Source: a virus
Lineage: Duplodnaviria > Caudoviricetes
Virus record (IMG/VR): IMGVR_UViG_3300010398_000029
Coordinates: 1-30,240 of that record
Reading direction: 5' to 3' (one strand)
DNA: 30,240 bases
Of the stretch, positions 8,028 through 17,339 are shown piece after piece. The translations under genes were made by a program, and so were the position numbers. The notes beneath the pieces were generated by a model. The model searched no databases and was not told the origin of the DNA. It worked only from the letters and a program-made list of their open reading frames with translations. Each line of letters opens with the position of its first letter. Positions within the stretch are counted from its first letter, which is position 1.

Positions 8028-9244
8028 CTCAGGGTTGTCACTCCGTGAGAACGGTCCCTATTCGCCGCGACCTCTTGCATGAGATCAAGCACGTTGTTTT
8101 CTCGTTCTTCACAAGAAGGGAAGGAAACGTTCTCTTCTACGCAAGCGACAGGCATTACCATTTCCTGGTCGCTGCAGCGCAGCAGGAATTGCGCCAACGC
8201 AAGATCGCAGAACGCCTAACTGAGAATATCAAAGATTTCCTGGCCCCTGATCATGGCCTGGGACCCCTCTATTTACGGGCAGAGCGTCCCAATATGGAAG
8301 GCCAGGAATGCGTTCCCTTCCATAGGGAGGAATTCTATGGATCTCCCAAAGGGACCATGAATTTCTGGCTTCCTATCAGAGGGGTTACCCGGGAGAATAT
8401 CCTTCGCTACGTTCCCGATAGCGAATTCATCCGTGACGGCGAGATCAAAACCGAGAGAACAGTCGACCCGCATATCACCAAAGGATCGGCGGCAAACGAA
8501 GTCGGACTTCTGTATGCGCCTAAACGCATTGTCTCAGGTGTCGATCTGAGTTCGGCTGTTCCGATGGAAATTCCCGAAGGCTCTGCAGCCTTGTTTTCTG
8601 GCTCTCTCATCCATGGCGCCCCAGGCAATAAGGAGGCTGAAATCAGGTTTTCTCTCGATTTCCGCATCTGGCCAAGAGCCAAGGATTGGACGAACCTTTA
8701 CTCCCAGCAGGATCCTAATGAGATTCAATGGCTGCAAAATCGCATCCGAGGAGCTAAGTCAATCCTCGAGATCGGCTCCTGCCATGGCAACTCCCTTCGA
8801 CTGTTCGCCCAAGTTGCCGCACCAGGAGCCGTCATTCGTTCGATCGATCTTGGCGATGGCACCGATTGGCGCGATGGTGAATCGACCGTTCACGAGCTGC
8901 AGGAAACCATTCGCGATTTAAAGGAGGAGGGCTTTGAAGCGAAAGCCCTATTCAACAACAGCCATTCCTTGGAGGCAATCAGATGGGCGCAGCAATGGGC
9001 GCCTTATGACTTCGTTTTTATCGATGCCGGCCATTCCTATGAGGATGTAAAGGCCGATTGGGAGAACTACGGTCCCATGGGAAAGGTCATAGCCTTTCAC
9101 GACATATGCTATGAGCCGCGGGAAGTCAGACGATTGTGGGCTGAAATCAAAGATGAGTTCATTACCGATGAAATAGTAGCCAGCCGCATGGGAATAGGCC
9201 TGATTACCCAGACCGCAATCGAATATAGGGATGGCTTATGCTAG
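8024..9244 (+). CDS. Fusion of a PhyH-like 2OG-Fe(II) oxygenase and a class I SAM methyltransferase (Methyltransf_24-like)
   Basis: N-terminal PFHRE..NFWLPI..LFSGSLIHG..RFSLDFRI; C-terminal ILEIGSCHGNS..SID..YDFVFIDAGHSYEDVKADW..AFHD. Confidence 0.85.
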   Translation: MTQGCHSVRTVPIRRDLLHEIKHVVFSFFTRREGNVLFYASDRHYHFLVAAAQQELRQRKIAERLTENIKDFLAPDHGLGPLYLRAERPNMEGQECVPFHREEFYGSPKGTMNFWLPIRGVTRENILRYVPDSEFIRDGEIKTERTVDPHITKGSAANEVGLLYAPKRIVSGVDLSSAVPMEIPEGSAALFSGSLIHGAPGNKEAEIRFSLDFRIWPRAKDWTNLYSQQDPNEIQWLQNRIRGAKSILEIGSCHGNSLRLFAQVAAPGAVIRSIDLGDGTDWRDGESTVHELQETIRDLKEEGFEAKALFNNSHSLEAIRWAQQWAPYDFVFIDAGHSYEDVKADWENYGPMGKVIAFHDICYEPREVRRLWAEIKDEFITDEIVASRMGIGLITQTAIEYRDGLC

Positions 9245-10359
9245 GACCAGCAAAGAAGGAAGTTTTGCGCGTGCAGGGCAACGATAACGTCATTCGCATG
9301 CTCGATCATTGGCGGCAGGAGGCGGAAAAAGGACGGTTGAATGCCATCGCAGTAGTCGCGGCCGATGGGCAAACTATGGGGGTAGACTACACCACCATAA
9401 TCGGCACGACCTCGGAATATATGCTGTATTTCGGGCTCAAAAGCCTAGCTACCAAGCTTGAAGATCATATCTGGAAACGCCAAGCGCCGCAGGCCAAAGT
9501 CAACTTGGCCGCTGGCATGGATCCGAGTAAGCAGGTCTTCAATGCTGCCAACTTGACCATGGGCTTTGATTTCCTAGCCTGGCTGGTGTGTGCGGAGATG
9601 CGCCGTATGAAGCATTGCGGCCAACCCCCGCTTCACGTCGCCATCCATCATGAAGCGGGGTTTCTGGATAACCCTAACTATAAATACAATCGGATGATGC
9701 ACGATCATGTCATGTTACCGCTCATCGACATGATTGGCGCAGTCAAAGCGGATCATATTGGAGACGACTTCCTTTGGCCGCCTAGCTCCACCTTTGCCGA
9801 TGCAGTGGAGTTCTACAAGCAAGGCGTGCCGCTCCCGCGATTTGAGCCAAATAAATACGCGCAGATGCGTATGGGCCATAAGCATTACAAAAAGGCTGTG
9901 ACCATTACCTTGAGAGAAGCGGCTCATTGGCCGCAACGGAATAGTGACCTAAAAATCTGGGGCGAAATTGCCGAATGGCTCAGGCAACGGGGCGAAACGG
10001 TATTGATAGTGCGGGATACCGAAAAAGCTCATGAGTCTTTCGGCACATTTGAGACTGTCCCCGAAGCATCGAGCGACATCAATTGCCGTGCCGCGCTCTA
10101 CAAGGCTGCAAAACTCAACTTTTTTGTCAGCAATGGTCCTTGCACCCTTGACTGGTTTTGCTCGGATTCCCCCTCGATAACCTATGTCCCGCTGTCCATG
10201 ACCGATGGTTACAAGTGCTCGCAACCGAGTTGGTGGTTGCCAAGCCATGGGATCGATGCGGGAGAGCAATTTCCTTGGTTCGAAGGGACCAACAAAAAAA
10301 TCGTCTGGGAGGAGCCAACCATTGAGAAGATAGAGAGGGACTATGCCGAGACAATATGA
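9238..10359 (+). CDS. Putative glycosyltransferase-like (GT-B/GT9-like C-terminal domain) protein with a small N-terminal domain
   Basis: VTITLRE..RNSDLKIW..L..RGETVLIVRD..AALYKAAKLNFFVSNGP resembles a GT-B nucleotide-sugar-binding domain. Confidence 0.55.
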   Translation: MLGPAKKEVLRVQGNDNVIRMLDHWRQEAEKGRLNAIAVVAADGQTMGVDYTTIIGTTSEYMLYFGLKSLATKLEDHIWKRQAPQAKVNLAAGMDPSKQVFNAANLTMGFDFLAWLVCAEMRRMKHCGQPPLHVAIHHEAGFLDNPNYKYNRMMHDHVMLPLIDMIGAVKADHIGDDFLWPPSSTFADAVEFYKQGVPLPRFEPNKYAQMRMGHKHYKKAVTITLREAAHWPQRNSDLKIWGEIAEWLRQRGETVLIVRDTEKAHESFGTFETVPEASSDINCRAALYKAAKLNFFVSNGPCTLDWFCSDSPSITYVPLSMTDGYKCSQPSWWLPSHGIDAGEQFPWFEGTNKKIVWEEPTIEKIERDYAETI

Positions 10360-10507
10360 GGATATTCGAGATAGCTATGTGGCGCGGGGAATGCCGTTGA
10401 AAGAAGCCAAACGCATTGCGGCAATGACCTACATAGCCAAAGGTAAGGCCAAAGGCGGTCGATCAGGACGGGCAAAGTCGTTGCATACCGATAAGCGGAG
10501 AAAATAG
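10343..10507 (+). CDS. Small basic protein, 54 aa (not in ORF track)
   Basis: MPRQYEDIRDSYVARGMPLKEAKRIAAMTYIAKGKAKGGRSGRAKSLHTDKRRK; GAGGGA upstream; TAG abuts the next ATG. Confidence 0.75.
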   Translation: MPRQYEDIRDSYVARGMPLKEAKRIAAMTYIAKGKAKGGRSGRAKSLHTDKRRK

Positions 10508-11836
10508 ATGCCTGACGATCCGCAAAGCCTTCTGGCGATGCTACTGCAAGCTCCGGTAGGCCAGCAGGGCGTAACGCCCGGTACACCGAGCGATATTGGT
10601 ACGACATGGAGCGGACCGCCGTCCTCTTGGCCAAATCCATTGGGCGGCGGGTTTAATGGGCCGCCTAGTTCCTGGGATCGTTCAATGCTGGATCCTAGTG
10701 GCTGGTCATTCGGTCCTCCATCAGGTCCCAATCAACCGGGAAGTCTCCCTGCTCAGTCATCAGCGCCCAATCTTGATCCCGGCCTTCAAGGTCTGATGGC
10801 TTCGCTTACCCCTGAGTTCGATCCTAACATCGCCCCTACGGTCCCGCGTGTTCCGACCGATATTCTACGCAGTCAATATCCTGGCATAAGGTACGGATTT
10901 CAGGACCCGGATCTTTATGGTCAAGTTTGGCCGCAAAATCCGGCAACCCCGCCGGGTGACGCAATCGTGCAACCGACTGCGGCAGCAACAGGCACGCCTC
11001 CGGCTTCATTTGCTCCGCCTAGGTCGACTGGCGATCTCGCTAATTGGCGGCAGCGGTATGGGCCTAATCCGATCTTTAACAACATCCCATGGGATCGGAT
11101 TCAAACCTGGAACATGAATACTTTGGAGAATCTTAATCGAATGCCCTGGGTATTTACCCCCGGCGCGTTTGGTCATGGTGCAACGACCGCCGATATGCGC
11201 AACGCGATCTTTCCCGGCGCGGGTATGGGGGAAAGCTCTCTATTGAAGGGGCAGGGACAAAGCACAAGTCAGATCTTGAATACCCTGCAATCGAGCGGTC
11301 TCCTCAATAGCCTAACTGCCGACCAAAGGTCAGCGCTGGAAACGCTTTTGGGTGTTGGCGGCACCCAAGCAAACCCTAGTGATGCGGCTGGCGCCTCGGC
11401 GCCGGCCGCCTCCTCCGTCACTGCCGCGGCGCCTATAGGGCAGCAGCCAACAGCACCGACAAGAGCACTAAGATCAGGGCCAGCGCTACCAGCGCCGGCT
11501 CTTGAGCCATGGCAACAAGCATTAGTCTCCAATAATGACGCCTTCTTTGGATTGCCAACTAATACACTGAGCGGTTGGAAAATGTTGGGCCTCGGCCACA
11601 ACCTTGGCGTCGATCCTTCAACCTATTGGTTTTTTCAGGGCTTGTCTCCGGACGCTAAAGCCGCGTTCATGCAGCATCAAAGCCAGATTCACGCTGATGC
11701 GCCCGGAGGCTTGCAATCCATCTTAGCAACATGGCAGCAACCGCCGAGCAATATCTCTAATCCGCTCGGCGTGCCTTATCCCTGGGATTCATCGGGCGGT
11801 TCGTTCTCCGGCGGCTTGATGGGCACTCTTCGATGA
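10508..11836 (+). CDS. Pro/Gly/Gln-rich low-complexity protein, possibly virion-internal
   Basis: Long coupled ORF with low-complexity composition and recurrent PW/W motifs. Confidence 0.65.
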   Translation: MPDDPQSLLAMLLQAPVGQQGVTPGTPSDIGTTWSGPPSSWPNPLGGGFNGPPSSWDRSMLDPSGWSFGPPSGPNQPGSLPAQSSAPNLDPGLQGLMASLTPEFDPNIAPTVPRVPTDILRSQYPGIRYGFQDPDLYGQVWPQNPATPPGDAIVQPTAAATGTPPASFAPPRSTGDLANWRQRYGPNPIFNNIPWDRIQTWNMNTLENLNRMPWVFTPGAFGHGATTADMRNAIFPGAGMGESSLLKGQGQSTSQILNTLQSSGLLNSLTADQRSALETLLGVGGTQANPSDAAGASAPAASSVTAAAPIGQQPTAPTRALRSGPALPAPALEPWQQALVSNNDAFFGLPTNTLSGWKMLGLGHNLGVDPSTYWFFQGLSPDAKAAFMQHQSQIHADAPGGLQSILATWQQPPSNISNPLGVPYPWDSSGGSFSGGLMGTLR

Positions 11837-12084
11837 CTCCGACTGAGCGGCGTGAGCGCGCTCAACGTGCCCGTCAGATTCTCGAAGATGATCTTTTCAA
11901 GGAAGCGATCGCAGAAATGGAACGTCGTGCGGTCGAAGATCTCGCGACTGCCTCACGGTGGTGGTGGAGCAATCGCCGGCTTCGCATGGCCGCCGAGCAC
12001 CTCCGTCAAGTTCGCAGTTTTCGTCAGCGCATAGCGCAAATCATGCTTGAGGCTCCGCCCGAGCGCATTTCCGGAATAGCCTAA
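11833..12084 (+). CDS. Small helical head-assembly protein (Bbp19-like position)
   Basis: RAQRARQILEDDLFKEAI motif directly before the scaffold; ATGA overlap. Confidence 0.7.
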   Translation: MTPTERRERAQRARQILEDDLFKEAIAEMERRAVEDLATASRWWWSNRRLRMAAEHLRQVRSFRQRIAQIMLEAPPERISGIA

Positions 12085-12093
12085 GAGGACATC

Positions 12094-13053
12094 ATGGCAG
12101 ACGATACAGCAGCCCCGGCTCCAACGCCGGCGCCAGATCCGCAATCTATCGAAGAGAAACTCGGCGCATTTAACTTCGATGAGCCTTCGCCGCCTCCTGC
12201 GGGAAACGGAAAGGAACCAAGCGACGATGCTGCTTACGCCGAAGTGGCGGCGGAGCAATCACCTGCTGAGCCAGCGCCGGTTGAGGAGGACGATCCCGAA
12301 ACCACCCTGCGGGATGGTACTCGGATTCGACACTCCGAACTCAAGCGTGGCTATCTCAACCCCCAACAACGAGAGGCCTTCAATCAACGAGTGCAACAGC
12401 TGGAGCAGAGGCAGCGAAATTTTGCCCGGCAAACTCGGGGCTTCGACGCCGTTCAACAGCAAACGGCTTCCCTGCTCAATCAAATGGTCGAGTATGCGCA
12501 AACCCGGCTGCCTAAGCCGCCGGATCAAAAGCTTTTGGACACCGATCCGTTCGAATTCCAACGACAAAAAGCACACTACGACAATGAGCAGTCGAAGCTT
12601 GGCGAACTGAATGCCCGCCGACAGGCGTACTATAATCAAGTTCGCTGGCAGCAAAGACAGGCACAAGAGCGTCACCTATGGCAACAGCGTGAGGCGTTGC
12701 TCGCCGCGATGCCCGAACTTCGGGATAGGGTAAGAGCGACGCAGTTCACCGAGGGAGTAAAAGCCCTAGGAGCAAAGCTTGGTTATACCCCGGCCGAACT
12801 CAATCAGGTTTACGACTCCCGTTTGGTGAAGCTCATTGCTATGGCCATGCGCGCTGATGCCCAGGATGCCGCTCTGGCTAAAGCCAAGGCCAAGCTCAAA
12901 GAGGCGCAAAAGCCCGAGGTTCAGGCTCCCACCAGGGTTAGGCGTACTCCCGGACAGGTCGACGCCGATCAACGTAGGGCTGCACTCGAACGGCTAAGAC
13001 GCAATCCCAACTCCGCGAAAGCGGCTGAGGACATTCTTTCCAAGTTTGACTAA
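12094..13053 (+). CDS. Capsid scaffolding protein
   Basis: Acidic/Pro-rich N-terminus, SELKRGY motif, Gln-rich coiled coil, LGYTPAELNQVYDSR, basic C-terminal helix; GAGGA RBS; directly upstream of the capsid gene. Confidence 0.85.
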   Translation: MADDTAAPAPTPAPDPQSIEEKLGAFNFDEPSPPPAGNGKEPSDDAAYAEVAAEQSPAEPAPVEEDDPETTLRDGTRIRHSELKRGYLNPQQREAFNQRVQQLEQRQRNFARQTRGFDAVQQQTASLLNQMVEYAQTRLPKPPDQKLLDTDPFEFQRQKAHYDNEQSKLGELNARRQAYYNQVRWQQRQAQERHLWQQREALLAAMPELRDRVRATQFTEGVKALGAKLGYTPAELNQVYDSRLVKLIAMAMRADAQDAALAKAKAKLKEAQKPEVQAPTRVRRTPGQVDADQRRAALERLRRNPNSAKAAEDILSKFD

Positions 13054-13067
13054 AAAGGAGGCCGACT

Positions 13068-14066
13068 ATGGCCCAGGTATCAAATACCTTCTCCACGTAC
13101 CAGTCTAACCGACTGAGGGAGGAATTCGCCAATGCGATCTATATGATTAGTCCGGAGGAAACCCCTTTCCTATCGCTGGCACCACGAGAAAATACGGTGT
13201 CAAAGCATCCGGAGTGGTCCACTGACACGTTATCGACGCCGACGATTACCAACCAACAAATCGAAGGTGATGATTATGCATATAATGCAATCGTTGCCAC
13301 GACGCGGGTTGGAAACTATACCGAGATCGCGCGAAAGACCTACCTAATCACTGGCACCGATGAGGTCGCCGACAAGGCCGGCCCGGCTTCGGAACTCGGT
13401 CGTGAGCGGAGAAAAAAAGGGACCGAACTGAAAACGGACATGGAAGTGTCGCTCCTGGCCAACAAGGCGAGCGTGGTTGGGACCGACTCGGCAGCCCGTC
13501 AAACCGGTGGTTTTGCTGCTTGGATCACATCCAACGATAATCGCGGCTCAACCGGGGCGGATGGTGGTTTCTCTGGTGGTGTGGTCACTGCGGCTACCAA
13601 TGGGACTCAGCGGGCCTTCACCCGTGCTATCCTCGATAGCTGCATTCTCTCCACCTATAACTCAGGCGGAAACCCGACCATCTTTATGTGCAGCCCCTAT
13701 GTGAAAACAGTATTCTCAAGCTTCATGCAGGGGTCTAATACCTCGACTATCTATAACGCAGTAAGAGGCGAAGAACAGGCGACTATCTTCGCAGCGGCAG
13801 ACACCTATAGGTCGGACTTTGGTGTTATAGATATAATGCCTAATAGGCAATTGGCGCGTGCTGGTGCTACTGCGGCAAGGAATGGATACCTAATCGACCT
13901 TTCCAAAGTCGCGGTGGGAACTCTGAGGGACGTATTCGAGGATCGTCCCGCAAAGACCGGTGATGCCGAGAAAAGGGCTATTTTGTGTGAGTTTGCCCTT
14001 TTGATGAAAAATCAAGCCGCACATTCCGTCGCCGCGGATTTGTTTGGCTTGACTTCCGCAACCTAA
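13068..14066 (+). CDS. Major capsid protein (SU10/DUF5309-like)
   Basis: IYMISPEETPF, EWSTDTL, RVGNYTEI, ELKTDMEVSLL, YRSDFG, AKTGDAEK..EFAL; GGAGG RBS. Confidence 0.93.
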   Translation: MAQVSNTFSTYQSNRLREEFANAIYMISPEETPFLSLAPRENTVSKHPEWSTDTLSTPTITNQQIEGDDYAYNAIVATTRVGNYTEIARKTYLITGTDEVADKAGPASELGRERRKKGTELKTDMEVSLLANKASVVGTDSAARQTGGFAAWITSNDNRGSTGADGGFSGGVVTAATNGTQRAFTRAILDSCILSTYNSGGNPTIFMCSPYVKTVFSSFMQGSNTSTIYNAVRGEEQATIFAAADTYRSDFGVIDIMPNRQLARAGATAARNGYLIDLSKVAVGTLRDVFEDRPAKTGDAEKRAILCEFALLMKNQAAHSVAADLFGLTSAT

Positions 14067-14105
14067 CAGCTCATCTGACAAGTCCGTCCAAGTCAGATGC
14101 AACTT

Positions 14106-14135
14106 GGGGCGTGGCATATCCACGCCCCCTTTTTT
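14106..14135 (+). terminator. Rho-independent terminator after the capsid gene
   Basis: ggggcgtgg-catat-ccacgcccc followed by ctttttt. Confidence 0.88.
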
Positions 14136-14147
14136 ATGGGTTACAAC

Positions 14148-14363
14148 ATGGCTATCAACTTCCCTGATGATAAACCCCAGAAGCGCTTCCCGGTTCGCTT
14201 GTTAAGGGGCTATTTCCCCGCCGATCCAGAGTGGCCGATGCGGGATGATCTAACCGCCAAGGTCAAAGCTCAGCGCGGGCAGGTTATTCAATTGCCCATT
14301 GATGAGGCGCGTGACGTGATCAAAAAAGGCATTGGCGAGCGCGCAGACGAGATGCCGATATGA
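14148..14363 (+). CDS. Hypothetical small protein
   Basis: MAINFPDDKPQKRFPVRLLRGYFP..VIQLPIDEARDVIKKGIGERAD; start placed after the terminator. Confidence 0.75.
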   Translation: MAINFPDDKPQKRFPVRLLRGYFPADPEWPMRDDLTAKVKAQRGQVIQLPIDEARDVIKKGIGERADEMPI

Positions 14364-14770
14364 TCCCCAAGGATAAAAGCCTCGTCGTTGGCGGCGGGGC
14401 ATTGTGGAACACGAGTCACCCGCAGGCTACCTACGAATTGGCATTCGATCCGGTCGATCCTCCCGCCGGCTGGAGATTGGTCGAGTACAACGAGTCCTAT
14501 TGTCGATATGAATTCGATGCTGGCGACTGGACGATTCAGAAGACCGAATATAGGGAGGCTACCCGGCTGCTTGAGGAGAACCGCCGCATGTTCAACGATA
14601 GCAGCGGACGACGCTGGGGCGATGGTGATGTCATCGGTAGCGTGCCGATGCCCGAATATTTCCGATCCGGCCTGGCCGAAGCCAACAAGCAGGGCGATCG
14701 TGAATTCCAACGAAAATGGTGGAACAACCCGGATAATCGCAAATGGCGCAAACGAGAAGGAAGCCTATAG
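14360..14770 (+). CDS. Hypothetical phage protein
   Basis: RRWGDG..VIGSVP..KWWNNPDNRKWR motif of the type found after SU10-like capsid genes; ATGA overlap. Confidence 0.75.
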   Translation: MIPKDKSLVVGGGALWNTSHPQATYELAFDPVDPPAGWRLVEYNESYCRYEFDAGDWTIQKTEYREATRLLEENRRMFNDSSGRRWGDGDVIGSVPMPEYFRSGLAEANKQGDREFQRKWWNNPDNRKWRKREGSL

Positions 14771-15049
14771 ATGCCGAGCGGAAAATCGAGTGGAATCTCG
14801 ACGGGCCAGCTTTTGTCATCCGGTTCGTCGCAACAAATGCTGGGGCAGACCCTTCAAAGGGTGACGCTCATGATCGTCAACAGCGGCAGTCCGAGTTCGG
14901 TCTTTATTGGTCTCAGTTCAGCCGTGACTAATACGAATGGCTTTGAGATCAAAGCGGGACAAACGCTTACCTTGGACAATTATACTGGTCCCGCCTGGGT
15001 TATTGGCGCCGCATCTCCATTCTCTATCGCCTCTTGGTTTGAATACTAA
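14771..15049 (+). CDS. Small beta-rich virion protein (hypothetical)
   Basis: LMIVNSG..VFIG...VTNTNGFEIKAGQTLTL pattern; abuts the upstream stop. Confidence 0.65.
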   Translation: MPSGKSSGISTGQLLSSGSSQQMLGQTLQRVTLMIVNSGSPSSVFIGLSSAVTNTNGFEIKAGQTLTLDNYTGPAWVIGAASPFSIASWFEY

Positions 15050-15064
15050 TAGGAATATAGGGAA

Positions 15065-15676
15065 ATGGCATTAACGGCCTATGATCAGATGCAGCAGACG
15101 GTCCGGCGCTATTGCTGGGACCGTGATGACCTGGCGGGAATGATTCCGGACTGGATCACATTATGTGAATCTAGACTCAATAACCTCCTGCTCGTTCAGG
15201 AGATGGAGGCTACGAGCACTGTCACTCTGACTGCGGGCGTAGGCGCATTGCCAACCGACTATCTGGCCTGGCGCCGGGTACTTACCACTGACAGTCCGGT
15301 GCGTACCCTAGAATGGGCTGAGCCGGGTTGGGCCGAAGATGCCTATGAACCATTGGTTTCCGGTCTAGCCAATCATTTTACTATCATCGGCACGCAGATC
15401 AAAACCTATCCGCTCTCGGCGGCAAACCTAACCTTTAGCTATTATCAAAAGATCCCGCCTTTAGCCTCCAATATGACCGGCAACTGGGTGACGCAAAATC
15501 ACCCGCAGCTTTACATCTATGGCTGTATGTTGGAAGCGACCCCGTTCCTCGATGATGATGATCGCCTGGGTAATTGGGGCCAGCTATTCAACGATGCAGC
15601 ACAAAAGGTATTGAATTCAGATCTCACCGGCCGATACGCACGTCCAATCATGCGCGTCAAAGGGATTACCCCATAA
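15065..15676 (+). CDS. Head-tail adaptor protein
   Basis: RDDL..IPDWITLCESRLN, LPTDYL, YYQKIPPL..NW..HPQLYIYGCMLEA; good RBS. Confidence 0.82.
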   Translation: MALTAYDQMQQTVRRYCWDRDDLAGMIPDWITLCESRLNNLLLVQEMEATSTVTLTAGVGALPTDYLAWRRVLTTDSPVRTLEWAEPGWAEDAYEPLVSGLANHFTIIGTQIKTYPLSAANLTFSYYQKIPPLASNMTGNWVTQNHPQLYIYGCMLEATPFLDDDDRLGNWGQLFNDAAQKVLNSDLTGRYARPIMRVKGITP

Positions 15677-16066
15677 ATGCCGGGAAGATACACGTTACAA
15701 GGGCCGATGTGGCAAGACCTAGAATTTGTCTATGGTGAAAACTGGCAAGCCAACTTCACGGCTGTGGACGGTCAAGGAACCACGGTTGACATTACTGGCG
15801 CTACAATACAATTTCGCATTGCTACGGTTGCAGCGACGCCTGTGACTGTCGCGACCCGCACAGTCGGCGACGGCATCACAATAACTGGTGCCGTCGCCGG
15901 CACTTACTCCCTCAATATGACCTTTGCGCAGCAGTCGACGAATAATCCGACTGCTATCCTCGAAGGCACACGCTATTTATATAACACGCGTGTTACGACC
16001 TCCGGTGGCGTCGTGTATGATCAAGCGCGTGGTCATTTGAACGTGACATCGTCGCTAATCTCATGA
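15677..16066 (+). CDS. Tail-associated beta-sandwich protein (BppU-N-like)
   Basis: VDITGATIQFRI..GITIT..GTYSL..YLYN pattern. Confidence 0.55.
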   Translation: MPGRYTLQGPMWQDLEFVYGENWQANFTAVDGQGTTVDITGATIQFRIATVAATPVTVATRTVGDGITITGAVAGTYSLNMTFAQQSTNNPTAILEGTRYLYNTRVTTSGGVVYDQARGHLNVTSSLIS

Positions 16067-16362
16067 GTGTCAGCCGGCGCCGGGTTTCGTTCTCACACAC
16101 CCTCGACCAGCCCACTGCTCAAGTGGTCGCCGCGCTCAATGATATTCTTGAGCGCCTAGTGAGCGACATCAATGCGCCGACTGATAGACAGCAATTTTCA
16201 GCGACTACCTTTGCCGGTCTCCCAGCATCACCGACGGCAGGGACTTCGGCCTATGTTACCGATAGTAGTACAGTAACATTTGGCGCGACTATTACCGGAG
16301 GAGGAACGGGTAAGGTTTTGGCTTTCTATAATGGATCCAACTGGACGGTACAGGCAGCATAA
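16063..16362 (+). CDS. Short tail needle- or fibre-like protein
   Basis: N-terminal helix, then TFAGLPASPTAGTSAYVTD..LAFYNGSNWT. Confidence 0.6.
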   Translation: MSVSRRRVSFSHTLDQPTAQVVAALNDILERLVSDINAPTDRQQFSATTFAGLPASPTAGTSAYVTDSSTVTFGATITGGGTGKVLAFYNGSNWTVQAA

Positions 16363-17339
16363 TGGGTAAATCTCCAAACTTTGATCCCTCGACCTCAACG
16401 ATGCTGGGCACACCTCAACCTGGGTTTGGCGGATGGTCGGGTTCGCCTCCTGGATACACGCCCCCGATGGGAACTACTGGGACCGGCAGTCCCATTCCTG
16501 CCTCTGGACCTGATTGGAACCCCAATACGCCTTCGATTCTTGGGGGCACCGATCCCTTTGCCTACATGGGCGGCCGGCCGGGTGCTCCTCCTCCACCTTC
16601 CAACGCTCCTGCTTTGAGCCGAGTCCCTGGGCCATACTATAACTTGCCGCAATCGCCATTGGAGCAATGGGTAAGTCAACAGCAGGCGGGCGGTGCCAGT
16701 TATCTCACGCCGGATTTTCTCAACAATTTCGCTCGGCAGCAGACAGGTTCGGCAGACTGGAATACCCTTCTCAATTCATCGTATAGCATGCCGCAATATC
16801 AAAATGCATATATGCAAACACTGTCTCAAATGGATCCGAATGCACCCCAGGCGCCGATCGAAGGGCCGTTAGGTGCCAATCCCACATTCCAGCAAGAGAG
16901 CGATTACATCGGCAGGGTTCTTGCCCTTCACCCGGAAGATCCTAACTACTATCCTAGTTACCGTGGCGCCTGGGATGTCATGTACAGTCCAGAAGCGCAG
17001 GCACGGGGTCTAGCAGAGAAACAAGCAAATCAGGCTAGACTGCAAGCATCGGGAGTTCCTGCCCCGCCGCCTCCATTATCGCCTCAGGCCCAGGCTTATA
17101 AGGATGTCACGCTAGGCGGGAATTACTTCGGCGGACAGATTCCTCCAGGCACGGGGACCAACCTGCCGCAAAATCCTTGGGACACATTAGCCAACCTCGG
17201 ATTTGGCAGTCCGACGTCTATCTTATGGCCAGGACAGCAGAATGCCTATCAGCCTGGGTATGGCACTGCGCCACAAGCGCCGAGCTCTCCGTGGCAGCAA
17301 ACCTTCGGCATGTCTCCATGGGGAGGCCTCGGAGGCTAA
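16362..17339 (+). CDS. Pro/Gly/Gln/Tyr-rich low-complexity protein
   Basis: TAATG coupling; 325-aa low-complexity ORF. Confidence 0.65.
   Translation: MGKSPNFDPSTSTMLGTPQPGFGGWSGSPPGYTPPMGTTGTGSPIPASGPDWNPNTPSILGGTDPFAYMGGRPGAPPPPSNAPALSRVPGPYYNLPQSPLEQWVSQQQAGGASYLTPDFLNNFARQQTGSADWNTLLNSSYSMPQYQNAYMQTLSQMDPNAPQAPIEGPLGANPTFQQESDYIGRVLALHPEDPNYYPSYRGAWDVMYSPEAQARGLAEKQANQARLQASGVPAPPPPLSPQAQAYKDVTLGGNYFGGQIPPGTGTNLPQNPWDTLANLGFGSPTSILWPGQQNAYQPGYGTAPQAPSSPWQQTFGMSPWGGLGG

Noticed and set aside
13700-13870. Patch of more A/T-ending codons within the capsid gene (similar impression at about 20260-20620)
   Set aside because: Could be a recombination patch, but this is an unquantified impression
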